Source of the DNA: Candidatus Hodarchaeum mangrovi
GTDB taxonomy: Archaea > Asgardarchaeota > Heimdallarchaeia > Hodarchaeales > Hodarchaeaceae
Length of the DNA: 28,310 nt
Direction: 5' to 3'
NCBI GenBank assembly: GCA_016839515.1
Contig: JAEOUE010000060.1
Location: forward strand, 1 to 28,310
Shown: one piece after another, positions 8,342-17,931 of the stretch
Numbering within the stretch: the stretch's first letter is position 1
How the letters are laid out: every line of letters starts with the position of its first letter
Translations under genes and position numbers: made by a program
Notes under the pieces: model-generated
Seen by the model: the letters and a program-made list of their open reading frames with translations, nothing else
Database searches by the model: none
What the model was told of the DNA's origin: nothing

Positions 8342-9172
8342 ATTATTTTAAATAAACAATATTGTACTCTAACTTGTGTAAGAAATGAAGAAAAAATAAT
8401 TGGCCAAACTATTAAAGCAATTAGTAATCAAAGCATCAAACCTATGCATATAGTAGTAGTTGATGATGGTTCAAGTGATGCCACACCCCGAATTCTTGAT
8501 AAATGTCGAGAGAAATTTCATAATATTACTGTTATTCGTCGCAAAAACCGTGGTTATTCAGCATTAGGGACATATATTATGGCAGATGTTTATAACTCTG
8601 GTATGCAATTCTTACTAAAACAGTCGAATTGGGAGTTCGTTGTTATTATTGGGGCAGATACAGTTTTACCCCCAACTTATATTGAAGATGTGATAACTCG
8701 AATGGGGAAGGAATATGCTGTCGCGGGTGGGAGAACAGATGGTCTTGAAAGGCAAAATCTCGAATATTGCTCTGGTTCTGGCCGAATAATTCACCGAACG
8801 ATAATGAAAAGATTAGGTGGTTATCCTAGATTATATTGTTGGGAAGATAGTGTTTTTAATGTTGCGTGGATGCTAGGATATAAAACAGGACATTTTCCTG
8901 AAATATTTTATCATCAAAGGAAAGGTGGGTATGGAAGTCGCCGTAGCTATATTGGTTGGGGACGTTCTATGAAACAATCCGGATATCATCCTCTTCATTT
9001 AATAGCTCGTTTTCTTAATGTTATAATTCTAGATCGTGAATTGAAACAGGCAATTCAATTTCTAGTTGGATATTTTGCAGAATCTTATCCCAAAGGAATA
9101 GAATGGATTGAATGGCGTAGGATTGATTTTAAAAGACGATTAACAAAAAGAATATTAAGTATATTACCGTAA
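8342..9172 (+). CDS. Glycosyltransferase family 2, extended upstream of ATG 8444 to a probable ATT start
   Basis: The in-frame upstream sequence YCTLTCVRNEEKIIGQTIKAISNQSIKP is the conserved GT2 N-terminus preceding IVVVDDGSSD. GAD(T) sits at the DXD position and WED is present. AGGAGG at 8330-8335 lies 6 nt before ATT 8342. Confidence 0.85.
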   Translation: MILNKQYCTLTCVRNEEKIIGQTIKAISNQSIKPMHIVVVDDGSSDATPRILDKCREKFHNITVIRRKNRGYSALGTYIMADVYNSGMQFLLKQSNWEFVVIIGADTVLPPTYIEDVITRMGKEYAVAGGRTDGLERQNLEYCSGSGRIIHRTIMKRLGGYPRLYCWEDSVFNVAWMLGYKTGHFPEIFYHQRKGGYGSRRSYIGWGRSMKQSGYHPLHLIARFLNVIILDRELKQAIQFLVGYFAESYPKGIEWIEWRRIDFKRRLTKRILSILP

Positions 9173-9804
9173 TGCAGGAGTTGAAAACGTTTAAAACAAT
9201 TATAAATGGATTCAAACATGTATTAGCTTTAAGTGCTCATACTGATGATGCTGAATATGGAGCGGGAGGTACAATTGCCCGACTTATCAAGGAGGGGTGT
9301 TTTGTGAGGATGATTGCTTTCTCATGGTGTGAAAATCGTGCATTAATAGATGAATTTGCTAAATCATGTAAGACATTAGGAGTTCAGAGTTACCAAGTGT
9401 TTGATCAAGAAAGAAGAAAATTCCAGCGTGATAGGCAGAATATTCTTGATATTCTAATTAATGAGAAAAAAAAAGAAGACTTTGATTTGATTCTTGTTCC
9501 CAGTCGTTTCGATACACATCAGGATCATAAAGTTATTGCTCCAGAAGCGTTTAGAGCGTTTCGTGAGGCTTCAATTTGGGGTTATGAGCTTTCTCACAAT
9601 ATTATGCTTGCCCATAATTTATGTTATGTGACATTAACAAGAGAAAATGTTCAAATGAAAATTTCAGCGATTAGATGCTATGAAAGTCAAGCTTGGAGAC
9701 CATATTTTACCAATGATATAGTTAGTAATCTCGCACAGCTTCGTGGGGCTCAAGTATCAGCTAAGTATGCTGAAGTCTTTGAGGTCATCAAGCAAGTAGT
9801 TTGA
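9172..9804 (+). CDS. PIG-L/LmbE family N-acyl-sugar deacetylase
   Basis: SAHTDDAEYGAGG (HxDD), HQDH, K..AIRCYESQ and YAEVF. Start overlaps the GT2 stop (TAATG). Confidence 0.9.
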   Translation: MQELKTFKTIINGFKHVLALSAHTDDAEYGAGGTIARLIKEGCFVRMIAFSWCENRALIDEFAKSCKTLGVQSYQVFDQERRKFQRDRQNILDILINEKKKEDFDLILVPSRFDTHQDHKVIAPEAFRAFREASIWGYELSHNIMLAHNLCYVTLTRENVQMKISAIRCYESQAWRPYFTNDIVSNLAQLRGAQVSAKYAEVFEVIKQVV

Positions 9805-9829
9805 ATAGATTCTTTTAACAATTACACTA

Positions 9830-11320
9830 TCAAAGGGAAGGTTTTAGCATTAAAAAAATACTTCTGATTTCTTGAATGTTTACTAAACGAAAACCAATTG
9901 CAAGTACTACAAAAATGCAGAAACTGAACAAAAATGAGGTGTAAAATAAGTTGTTGTTTAGAAAGAAAAATAACACTCCAATAGCTAAGCTAAACATCAA
10001 AGAAATCGCAATTCTAATAAATCTGGATTTTTCATAACTGACAGGATAAACTGACTGTGATAAATAGAAATTAAGGGCAAAAGTAACAATATAGAAAAGT
10101 AATAAACAAATAGCAGCTCCCATGGAACTCAATGAAGGAATTATCAGAATAATGAACGCCAAATGAAGAAAATGGGAAATAGAATTGAAGATACCTCCTT
10201 CCTTGGTCTTTTTTTGAAGTAACACTCCGAAACATGTGAGTCTAATCAAAGCTTGGAAAACAAAAGCAAATAAGATTATTGGAATTAGAATCGCACTATC
10301 TAAGAAGTCAGGACTTGAAAAAATTAGCACTAAAATGGGAGAAAATGCTGAAAGCATGAAAGTCAAAGCAATCATTAAGGTTAAATAAATCCTTGACATT
10401 TTATTGGCAAAATGTTGAACATAAGCATGATTACCCACATCAAAATTCTTCATGATTATTGTTGGATATGAAAGACTTACAATATAATCAAACATAGCAA
10501 ACAGATTAGCAATTGAAAGGGCTACTGAATAAGTTCCGAGAGCATCATTACCGTAATATGCTTTTAAGAGGAGGTTCAAGAAAAAAATCTTAATAGAACC
10601 CAGAAATATGACTGGTAAACCTGGTAATGAATAATTAAGAATGTTTTTAAAATATAAAAGGTTAAATTTTGAAAAATCAGTCTGCAAAAATAATTTAATC
10701 AGAATAGGGATAATAAGAATTAGATAGCCTAAAATATTAGCTAATATAAGTCCAAAAACGGATAAATTTGCTACAATTCCAAATAAAATAGATCCAAGAA
10801 GAGTTAAAAAAGGAATAATAGTTTGTAAAGAGAAAAACATCTTTTTTTTCTGATGCGAGCGGTAAAACTCTAGTATTATGGTGTCCAATCCGATAAGTGT
10901 TCCAAATGCTCCTATTGCTACAAGATCTAAGAGATAAGTGTCACTTGTAAATAGTGTAATATTAGTAAATGCAAGTAAATACATAGAAACATTGGTAAGC
11001 ACGGCAATTAACAAGCTTAGGATAATCCCGCTCATTAATATCATCAATGTTTTATTTTCGTCTTTTTCTGCACTAGATTCTGATGTTAATCGATAAATTG
11101 CAGTTTGTATGTTAAAAGCAATTATTGTGGCAAGTATCAATCCATTATTCTGGATGAAAAAGAAATATCCATAGTCACTTGTTCCTAAAAATGTTGAAAA
11201 AATTTTTACAAAAACAAATCCTCTTATTTTAACTAATATAACCCCTAGAGCTGACAGGACGAAAAAATCTCTTGCCTGTTGTTTAATAACTCCTATCGAT
11301 TCCAGATCAGAGTTTTCCAT
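9830..11320 (-). CDS. Wzx/MOP-family oligosaccharide flippase (AglR-like)
   Basis: 496 aa with about 12-14 hydrophobic segments, LGTSDYGYF, LGTYSVALSIAN and IIPSLSSMGAAI. Confidence 0.85.
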   Translation of the reverse strand: MENSDLESIGVIKQQARDFFVLSALGVILVKIRGFVFVKIFSTFLGTSDYGYFFFIQNNGLILATIIAFNIQTAIYRLTSESSAEKDENKTLMILMSGIILSLLIAVLTNVSMYLLAFTNITLFTSDTYLLDLVAIGAFGTLIGLDTIILEFYRSHQKKKMFFSLQTIIPFLTLLGSILFGIVANLSVFGLILANILGYLILIIPILIKLFLQTDFSKFNLLYFKNILNYSLPGLPVIFLGSIKIFFLNLLLKAYYGNDALGTYSVALSIANLFAMFDYIVSLSYPTIIMKNFDVGNHAYVQHFANKMSRIYLTLMIALTFMLSAFSPILVLIFSSPDFLDSAILIPIILFAFVFQALIRLTCFGVLLQKKTKEGGIFNSISHFLHLAFIILIIPSLSSMGAAICLLLFYIVTFALNFYLSQSVYPVSYEKSRFIRIAISLMFSLAIGVLFFFLNNNLFYTSFLFSFCIFVVLAIGFRLVNIQEIRSIFLMLKPSL

Positions 11321-11379
11321 GAAATCATCTTTCTTTGTTTTTACCTAGCATGCTTAGCAATTTCAAAATTCTAAAGAAT

Positions 11380-12405
11380 TTAATAAACAGTTGATTCGAA
11401 CATTTTCTCATATTCTTTGACTATGTTATTCCAATCAAATGGAAAAATCGAATTTCTTGCATTATTAGACATTTCTTGACGTAATTCAGGATTTGAAATT
11501 AATTCCTCAAAGCGATCTTTAAATATATCATAATCATTGCATAAATAGCCATTAAAACCATCCTTAATTATTTCAGGTATAGAGGTGGAATGTCGCGCTA
11601 TCGTTGGTAATCCAGAAGCTAATGCCTCTAAAAGAGCGTTACTAAACCCTTCATGCTCTGATGGAAATAAGAAAATATCATGACTACGATAAAACATGGG
11701 AATCTCGCTATATGGTATAAGAGTAAGGGTTATATTAGGTAATTTTTCTGCTTGCTTATTAATTTCATCATACATCTCCCCTTGGCCAATTAATGAAAAT
11801 TTTATGTTGGGAAAGGATTTTGCTAAATCTATTACTACTTCAGGATGTTTATGTGCCACTAATCTACCTATAAATAAAACTCGAAGTTCTTCTTGTTCAA
11901 CAGTTTTTTTTCGGGGAAAAAATAACTCTGTGTCAATCCCATTATATATTACTACTGCATCTCGTTCCCATTCTTCTTTAATTTCTCTTGCAGTGGCTTT
12001 ACTTACAGCATGAATTATATCTGCATCCTCGATAAGTTTATTGTAGGCACTTATTTCCTTGGATTCTAAGCGCCATTTTTCAGGTGTACCATGAACACTG
12101 AGTACATGTTTTACATTTTTATTACTTATTTTAGATATTTTTACAGATCTTAAACAACTTCTAATCAGTTTAGTGTGAATAATATCCGGTTTAAATCTAT
12201 ATAAACGGAGGGGCCAAATTTTATTTAGCGGTAATAGGGATATGTTTTTAGCGAAAACTTCATCATTTGAGAAGGCTAGGAATTGAAACTTTTCATGTGG
12301 TAATCGGGAGGCAATCAAAGTCCGATTTCTATCAATAGGATTCTCTGCATATTTATTAAGTTTATTTGGATGTATAAAGATTGCATGTTCAAATATTTTG
12401 ATCAT
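11380..12405 (-). CDS. Glycosyltransferase family 4
   Basis: PDIIH, AVSKAT, VIYNGID, FIGRLVAHK and FLFPSEHEGFSNALLEALASGLP (EX7E motif). Confidence 0.92.
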   Translation of the reverse strand: MIKIFEHAIFIHPNKLNKYAENPIDRNRTLIASRLPHEKFQFLAFSNDEVFAKNISLLPLNKIWPLRLYRFKPDIIHTKLIRSCLRSVKISKISNKNVKHVLSVHGTPEKWRLESKEISAYNKLIEDADIIHAVSKATAREIKEEWERDAVVIYNGIDTELFFPRKKTVEQEELRVLFIGRLVAHKHPEVVIDLAKSFPNIKFSLIGQGEMYDEINKQAEKLPNITLTLIPYSEIPMFYRSHDIFLFPSEHEGFSNALLEALASGLPTIARHSTSIPEIIKDGFNGYLCNDYDIFKDRFEELISNPELRQEMSNNARNSIFPFDWNNIVKEYEKMFESTVY

Positions 12406-12424
12406 ACGATATGCCTCAATTAAA

Positions 12425-14434
12425 TTAGTGTTTAAACTGATTTATAATAGTTTCAACAATTCTTTCTGATGCTTTCCCATCAACTTTAAAAGCGTGCTCA
12501 GTTAAAAACTCCTGAAGAAATTTTTCATATTTAAATAAAAATTCAGGATCTTCTAATATCTGATGGGTTACTTTAACAAGCTGTTCTGGCGTATTTAACT
12601 CTAAAATCCCCTCTGATTTCAGAAAGCGAAGAGAACTTTGTCTTTTAGTAAAATTAACAACTCCTACTGGCTTACCTACAACCAAAGCGTCTAAAATCGT
12701 TGTTGAATGTTGTGAGATAAAGACATCACATATTTTTAAGATGGAAAGGATATTTTGATCTTTAATGATTCGAACTGGTATTTTAGCTTCTTTTTTGAAA
12801 AATTCATATTGTGATAGGTCCTCACGTGGATGAACCTTGATAATTAATTGAATATTAGATTGTTGATTTGCGAAGCTAATTAATGTATGAATAGGAGCAA
12901 TTGCAGTTTCAAAAAAATCAGGTTGAGTTCCAAAGACTATTATTTTTTTATTTGGTGATAAATTTAGTTTTTTAATAATGTCTTCATTATTTATTTTATC
13001 CATAAGAGCGCTTAAAGAGTCATAAGTTGGATTGCCAGATATTATTACATTTTTCTTATCATAACCCAGCTTTAAAAGTAATTGTTCATAATAGGGACCA
13101 TAAACAAATGTCTTGTCTGGAGTAAGTGGAGGAACAAAAGTAGGATCATCTTGATAATCTACTGGCTTATTGGATCCAATATCAAGTTCTGTAAAAAAAC
13201 CATGCTGTAAAGCGAAAGAAGACACATTTATATTCTCCCTAGCACAAAGAGTAAGGGCTTTCCCAAAAGTAAAAAACTCGTTGATAAATAATATGACCTT
13301 TGGATTAATGATTTTAATTAAGCTATTGAATGTTGCTTTCCATTTTAATCCTAGGGGAATATATGCTTTTAGATACCACAAAATCCGTTTTCGGATAATA
13401 TTAGAAAATACGATTTCTGAATAAAGAAATACTTCCTCTGTAATTAATTCTTGTTCAAGTTTGTTATATTGCTGTTTAAAAAAACTGAGCTCTTTCTTAT
13501 ACTGCTTTTTGGCATTTTTATCGTTATAAGTATCAAATATTACTAATATTTTACCTCCAGCATTCTCATTCTTTGCTTTAACTACTTTTAAATCTTTTCT
13601 GATGTCATTGACTTTAAAAATCTCAACAATTGGACTTAAATCATGCTTTCTCAATTCATTTGTTATATTTTCGAAATAATAGTCACCAAGCTCAAATTGG
13701 TTGGTATTTTTATTATAATATGACCTCCAAGATACAGAATTTGTTATAATCGCTACACATGAGTCTATTTTTTCTTTATTAAGTGAATATATTCTAGATA
13801 TTATTTTTCCCCAAAGTTCAAACAATTTTTCCCTCAGAAATAAGAAATAAACTCCAAACCACCATTTGAATTTCATTAAAATATTCTTTTTAACTCTAAA
13901 AGAGAATTTTGGTTTTATCTCAAGAAATTTCTCTGATGAACTAAAAACTTGAGGGATAAGGTTTTCAAGGATACCTGATTCATCATACCATATGATTTTT
14001 CTTGGAGAAAGGTTTTTCTCTATTCCTTGAAGAATTTTTATCTGGAAGAATATTTCAAAGATTTCAAAACGAATACGACGATCAATAAACCACCAAAAAG
14101 AGTTTTGACGATAATTTAGAGTATCAAAAATAGATCCACTTCTAAAAACCCATTTTGAAACCCAATTTCTTGTTTCATCTTCTATACTCTCTTGGTCTTG
14201 TGTTAAATAAATATTTCCAGTTTCATGTTGAATATGATGCTTTGTAAGTGAATTATCTGAATTTAAATTAGTAGAAATTACAATATAAGAACTATTTTCT
14301 TTTTGTTGAGCTTCTTTTATCATTTTTAGAATTTTAGAATGGTTTATTTCTGATCCAATTAGAAAAAGCTCTTCAATATTTTTTTCACTCATTTGTATCA
14401 ATTTTTTATTTTTTAAATTAGCAAGATCAATCAA
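12425..14434 (-). CDS. GT-B surface-carbohydrate transferase (CDP-glycerol glycerophosphotransferase-like / candidate nonulosonyl transferase)
   Basis: C-terminal half has ALQHG, PDKTFVYG, GNPTYD, IIKVHPRE, HSTTILDALVVGKPV and DGKASERIV. TTG start overlaps the asnB stop. Confidence 0.6.
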   Translation of the reverse strand: MIDLANLKNKKLIQMSEKNIEELFLIGSEINHSKILKMIKEAQQKENSSYIVISTNLNSDNSLTKHHIQHETGNIYLTQDQESIEDETRNWVSKWVFRSGSIFDTLNYRQNSFWWFIDRRIRFEIFEIFFQIKILQGIEKNLSPRKIIWYDESGILENLIPQVFSSSEKFLEIKPKFSFRVKKNILMKFKWWFGVYFLFLREKLFELWGKIISRIYSLNKEKIDSCVAIITNSVSWRSYYNKNTNQFELGDYYFENITNELRKHDLSPIVEIFKVNDIRKDLKVVKAKNENAGGKILVIFDTYNDKNAKKQYKKELSFFKQQYNKLEQELITEEVFLYSEIVFSNIIRKRILWYLKAYIPLGLKWKATFNSLIKIINPKVILFINEFFTFGKALTLCARENINVSSFALQHGFFTELDIGSNKPVDYQDDPTFVPPLTPDKTFVYGPYYEQLLLKLGYDKKNVIISGNPTYDSLSALMDKINNEDIIKKLNLSPNKKIIVFGTQPDFFETAIAPIHTLISFANQQSNIQLIIKVHPREDLSQYEFFKKEAKIPVRIIKDQNILSILKICDVFISQHSTTILDALVVGKPVGVVNFTKRQSSLRFLKSEGILELNTPEQLVKVTHQILEDPEFLFKYEKFLQEFLTEHAFKVDGKASERIVETIINQFKH

Positions 14435-16313
14435 AGAATAAAGTTAGCCATGTATTTAGACACGCAACCCTAAATAAAAACATAATATCACTGGTTTTCA
14501 AATTTTTCCGATTGTGATAAAGGTTTAAGACCTTTGTTTTATCCACATAATTTTCTAACATATAATGATTATTTTCCTTCAAATTGGCTATGAATTGAAG
14601 ATCATCCTCTTTTAACCATTTAGTCTCTGGAACTGCAAATCCAATTTTATCACGACGATTTAAAATAGGTTGAGGAGTTATATTTGCCATAGCTTCTCTA
14701 AAAATCCATTTTGTTGTACCTTTTCTAATAAGATAATCTGAGGGAAGAGCTAATAAATACTTAACCAATTTATAATCTAGAAATGGAACACGAACCTCAA
14801 TTGAAAACGCCATAGAATTACGTTCATCAAATCTTAACATATGTTGAAAATTTTCTGTTAAATTCTTCTGTAATGCACTATTTAATGTATTCCTTCGTAA
14901 CCATAATGAAGGTAATCGACGTTTAGAATATTTTTGAATAAAATCCCTATTAAGATACTTTCTTATACCTCTTTCTCTTAGTACAAGTTTTTCATGAAGA
15001 TAAATGGGTAATAATTGAATAAGAAATGATTTTATGCTTCTTTTGTATTTGGTCTCTCGTATTTCGGTGAGGAAAGTTTTCCAATGAAATTTTTTAAATA
15101 ACTCAAAGAAATAATAAGCCGTTAGAGGAAAATAACCCGCCAATATTTCATCAGCACCCTGACCATTCAATAATACTATGGTACCTCTTTCAGATGCAAC
15201 TCTCATGACACAATAACTCCCAAAAGCGGATAATCCCCCTACTGGTTCTTCTTGGTGCCAAATAAATTTTTCAAAATCCTTATTTATATCCAAAACAGTC
15301 GGAGTATATGAATGATTTTTAAACATTGTATTTTGAGTTATTATTTTTACAAATTCCTCCTCCGAAAAGGAAAAAGTTTTATCAAAGGCAATAGAAAAAG
15401 TTTCGAAATTCATTCTTTGTTCTTCTGAGATAATCATATTAACGACTGAAACAATTGAGGAAGAATCAATACCACCACTTAAATTTGAACCAACAGAGAC
15501 ATCACTTCGTAATCTCAAACGTACAGCATCAATAAATAAGTCCTGAACAGTTTTAATATGCTCTTCACAAGATTTTGTATTAAAACCATCTGAGTTTTTA
15601 AGATTCTGAACTTCTTTACCTAGATTCCAATATTTATAAAATTCTAATTTTTGATTGAATTCAAATATACTATAAGAACCAGCTGGAAAACGATGGATTT
15701 CTTTAAAGAATGTCTCATCAGTGCGATCAAGGCTCCCCTCGTTTAAAAAATCCCATATCAAAGTGTTATTTGGCGAGATTTTCTCTTCTCTTAGTTGGAT
15801 GATTGGTTTCATTTCTGAGGAGATGATTAAATGCTCTTTATAGTATGAGTAATATAAGGGTTTGATACCAAATCGGTCACGAGCAATAAAAATTTCTTCT
15901 TTCTGTTTATCTAAAATGATAAACGCAAACATCCCGTTTAATTTTGATAAAATTTCTTTTCCAAAGATTTTATACCCGTTTAACAAAACTTCTGTATCAC
16001 TACTACTAAAAAATTGTTCACCTTGAGCCAAAAGCTCCTCTCGTAATTCTATATAATTATAAATCTCCCCATTATAGATTATTGTAAACCTATTGTCAAT
16101 AGAACTCATTGGTTGAATGGCATTATCAGAAAGATCAATAATCGCCAACCTATGATGGCCTAGGATAATAGATTGATCTGAATATTTATTGGACAGAAAT
16201 TTTTCAGTTCTAACAGCATCAGGGCCTCTATGTTTCATTTTATCAAGGGAATCAAGAAAAATATCTAATGCAGGATAATTTTTAGAACCTATAACAGCTA
16301 ATATTCCACACAT
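14427..16313 (-). CDS. asnB: Asparagine synthase (glutamine-hydrolysing)-like amidotransferase, probably sugar/uronate amidating
   Basis: MCGI N-terminal nucleophile at 16313 with GGAAGGAGA SD, plus HRGPD, HHRLAIIDL, YNGEIYNY, RDRFGIKPLY, LSGGIDSS, GQGADE and RVPFLD. The ORF-track start at 16400 is too long. Confidence 0.92.
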   Translation of the reverse strand: MCGILAVIGSKNYPALDIFLDSLDKMKHRGPDAVRTEKFLSNKYSDQSIILGHHRLAIIDLSDNAIQPMSSIDNRFTIIYNGEIYNYIELREELLAQGEQFFSSSDTEVLLNGYKIFGKEILSKLNGMFAFIILDKQKEEIFIARDRFGIKPLYYSYYKEHLIISSEMKPIIQLREEKISPNNTLIWDFLNEGSLDRTDETFFKEIHRFPAGSYSIFEFNQKLEFYKYWNLGKEVQNLKNSDGFNTKSCEEHIKTVQDLFIDAVRLRLRSDVSVGSNLSGGIDSSSIVSVVNMIISEEQRMNFETFSIAFDKTFSFSEEEFVKIITQNTMFKNHSYTPTVLDINKDFEKFIWHQEEPVGGLSAFGSYCVMRVASERGTIVLLNGQGADEILAGYFPLTAYYFFELFKKFHWKTFLTEIRETKYKRSIKSFLIQLLPIYLHEKLVLRERGIRKYLNRDFIQKYSKRRLPSLWLRRNTLNSALQKNLTENFQHMLRFDERNSMAFSIEVRVPFLDYKLVKYLLALPSDYLIRKGTTKWIFREAMANITPQPILNRRDKIGFAVPETKWLKEDDLQFIANLKENNHYMLENYVDKTKVLNLYHNRKNLKTSDIMFLFRVACLNTWLTLFFD

Positions 16314-16611
16314 TGCTCTTTCTCCTTCCAAAGAGTTATTACCTTTGGGAAGTTTAAAGACAATTATATTTTCTTTCTGTATTTGTTGATTATTATCCAT
16401 CTTAAAAAAACGGCGATATGAAGATAATTTCTAATAAACTTTTAACTCAAATGATTTAGATTTTTTTCTTAACAAAAAATGCTTTTCAATAGTGGAGAGA
16501 AATAAAAATCCTTATCTAACTACTAGCTATAATTTATGAATAGGTCTTCATTAAGATCATTTAGAATTAATTCACAGCAACTTATTTCAGTTGAAGAAAT
16601 GAGGCATTTTA

Positions 16612-17868
16612 ATGAGAAAAATTGCGGTAATTACGGGAGCTCGGTCGGAATATGGAATCTTAAGACAATTATTAAATTTGTTAAAAGCGTCTACTGATAT
16701 AGATCTGAATATCCTAGTCACTGGAATGCATCTAAGCCCCGAGTTTGGAAATTCAAGGTTGGAAATAATAAAAGATGGTTTTGACCCAGTAGCTGAAGTT
16801 GAATCACTTTTAAGTACAGATTCTGAGGTTGGAGTAGCTAAATCAATAGCTTTAGGGATTCTTGGTCTTACTGAAGAGTTATCACGAATTCAACCACATT
16901 TTACAATAATTTTAGGAGATAGATTTGAGATTTTAGCTGCTGCTATTGCTGCTGCTCACACAAATAGTATATTAGTTCATATTTCAGGAGGAGATATAGC
17001 TAGCGGAGTATTAGATAATTATTACAGACATATGATAACAAAAATTGCACAGGTGCACTTTACATCTTCTAAGGCAAGCATGGAACGTGTTTTATTAATG
17101 GGAGAAAATCCTGAAATGGTATTTATAACAGGATCACTTGCTTATGATGAGCTATTACACCTCGATACTCCGAAACGAAATGAACTCGCAAAAGAATTAA
17201 ACCTTCAAGAGGAAAAACCATGGGGATTAATGGTTTACCATCCCACAAGGAGTGTTAATGAAAGCAAAATAGAGTTTAATGCTATTCAAGGGGCATTAAC
17301 TAGAGCAATGGAGAAAATTGATTTTCAAATAGTATTACTCTTCCCAAATGCTGATCCTGGAAGCCGTGGTTTAATTTCAGACTTAAAAGAACAAAAGAAT
17401 TCGAATTGGATTATTCATGAGAACGTTTCACGTGAAATTTATATCGGTTTGTTAAAAGAAAGTAAATTTTTAGTTGGTAATTCGAGCAGTGGTATTGTAG
17501 AAGCACCAGCGTTAGGTTTACCTGTTTTAAACATTGGTAAGCGTCAAGCTGGTCGTGAAAAAGGTGGATTAATTGTTGACTTGGAACCTGATCTAGAAAC
17601 AATACTCAATTACATTCTAAAATTTATTAAAGATAAAGAAACCTCCCAAATTAAAAATAAAAGTAGCTCTCCATATGGTGATGGCCATGCAGCACCACGG
17701 ATTTTAAATAAATTATTAGAGATTCCCATAGAAAGGAATGCATATCCCTCAGACTTTTATGATAATACTGATCTTGTATCAGCGTTAAGAAAGATAAAAT
17801 CTTTAGATTTCAAATCCTTTAGTCAAAGAAGCATGTCAGTCTTTGATATTTTAAATATAAAGAAATAA
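16612..17868 (+). CDS. neuC: Hydrolysing NDP-N-acyl-sugar 2-epimerase (NeuC/LegG family)
   Basis: TGARSEYG, VTGMHLSPEFG, LGDRFE, RHMITK, PNADPG, VGNSSSGIVEAP, NIGKRQAGR and YGDGHAA. Confidence 0.92.
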   Translation: MRKIAVITGARSEYGILRQLLNLLKASTDIDLNILVTGMHLSPEFGNSRLEIIKDGFDPVAEVESLLSTDSEVGVAKSIALGILGLTEELSRIQPHFTIILGDRFEILAAAIAAAHTNSILVHISGGDIASGVLDNYYRHMITKIAQVHFTSSKASMERVLLMGENPEMVFITGSLAYDELLHLDTPKRNELAKELNLQEEKPWGLMVYHPTRSVNESKIEFNAIQGALTRAMEKIDFQIVLLFPNADPGSRGLISDLKEQKNSNWIIHENVSREIYIGLLKESKFLVGNSSSGIVEAPALGLPVLNIGKRQAGREKGGLIVDLEPDLETILNYILKFIKDKETSQIKNKSSSPYGDGHAAPRILNKLLEIPIERNAYPSDFYDNTDLVSALRKIKSLDFKSFSQRSMSVFDILNIKK

Positions 17869-17931
17869 ATGGTCTAAATTTATAATAGATAATATAATTC
17901 GTGTGTTTTCATTTTTGGAAGTGATCATTGC

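Noticed and set aside
9466-10849. A9 run in the deacetylase (9466-9474) and T8 run in wzx (10842-10849) as phase-variation tracts
   Set aside because: Both genes are in frame and such runs are expected in AT-rich, Lys-rich coding sequence.
16314-16400. 29-aa N-terminal extension of AsnB in the ORF track
   Set aside because: Ntn amidotransferases need Cys at the mature N-terminus, and MCGI at 16313 has its own SD (GGAAGGAGA), so the extension is most likely a start-calling artefact.
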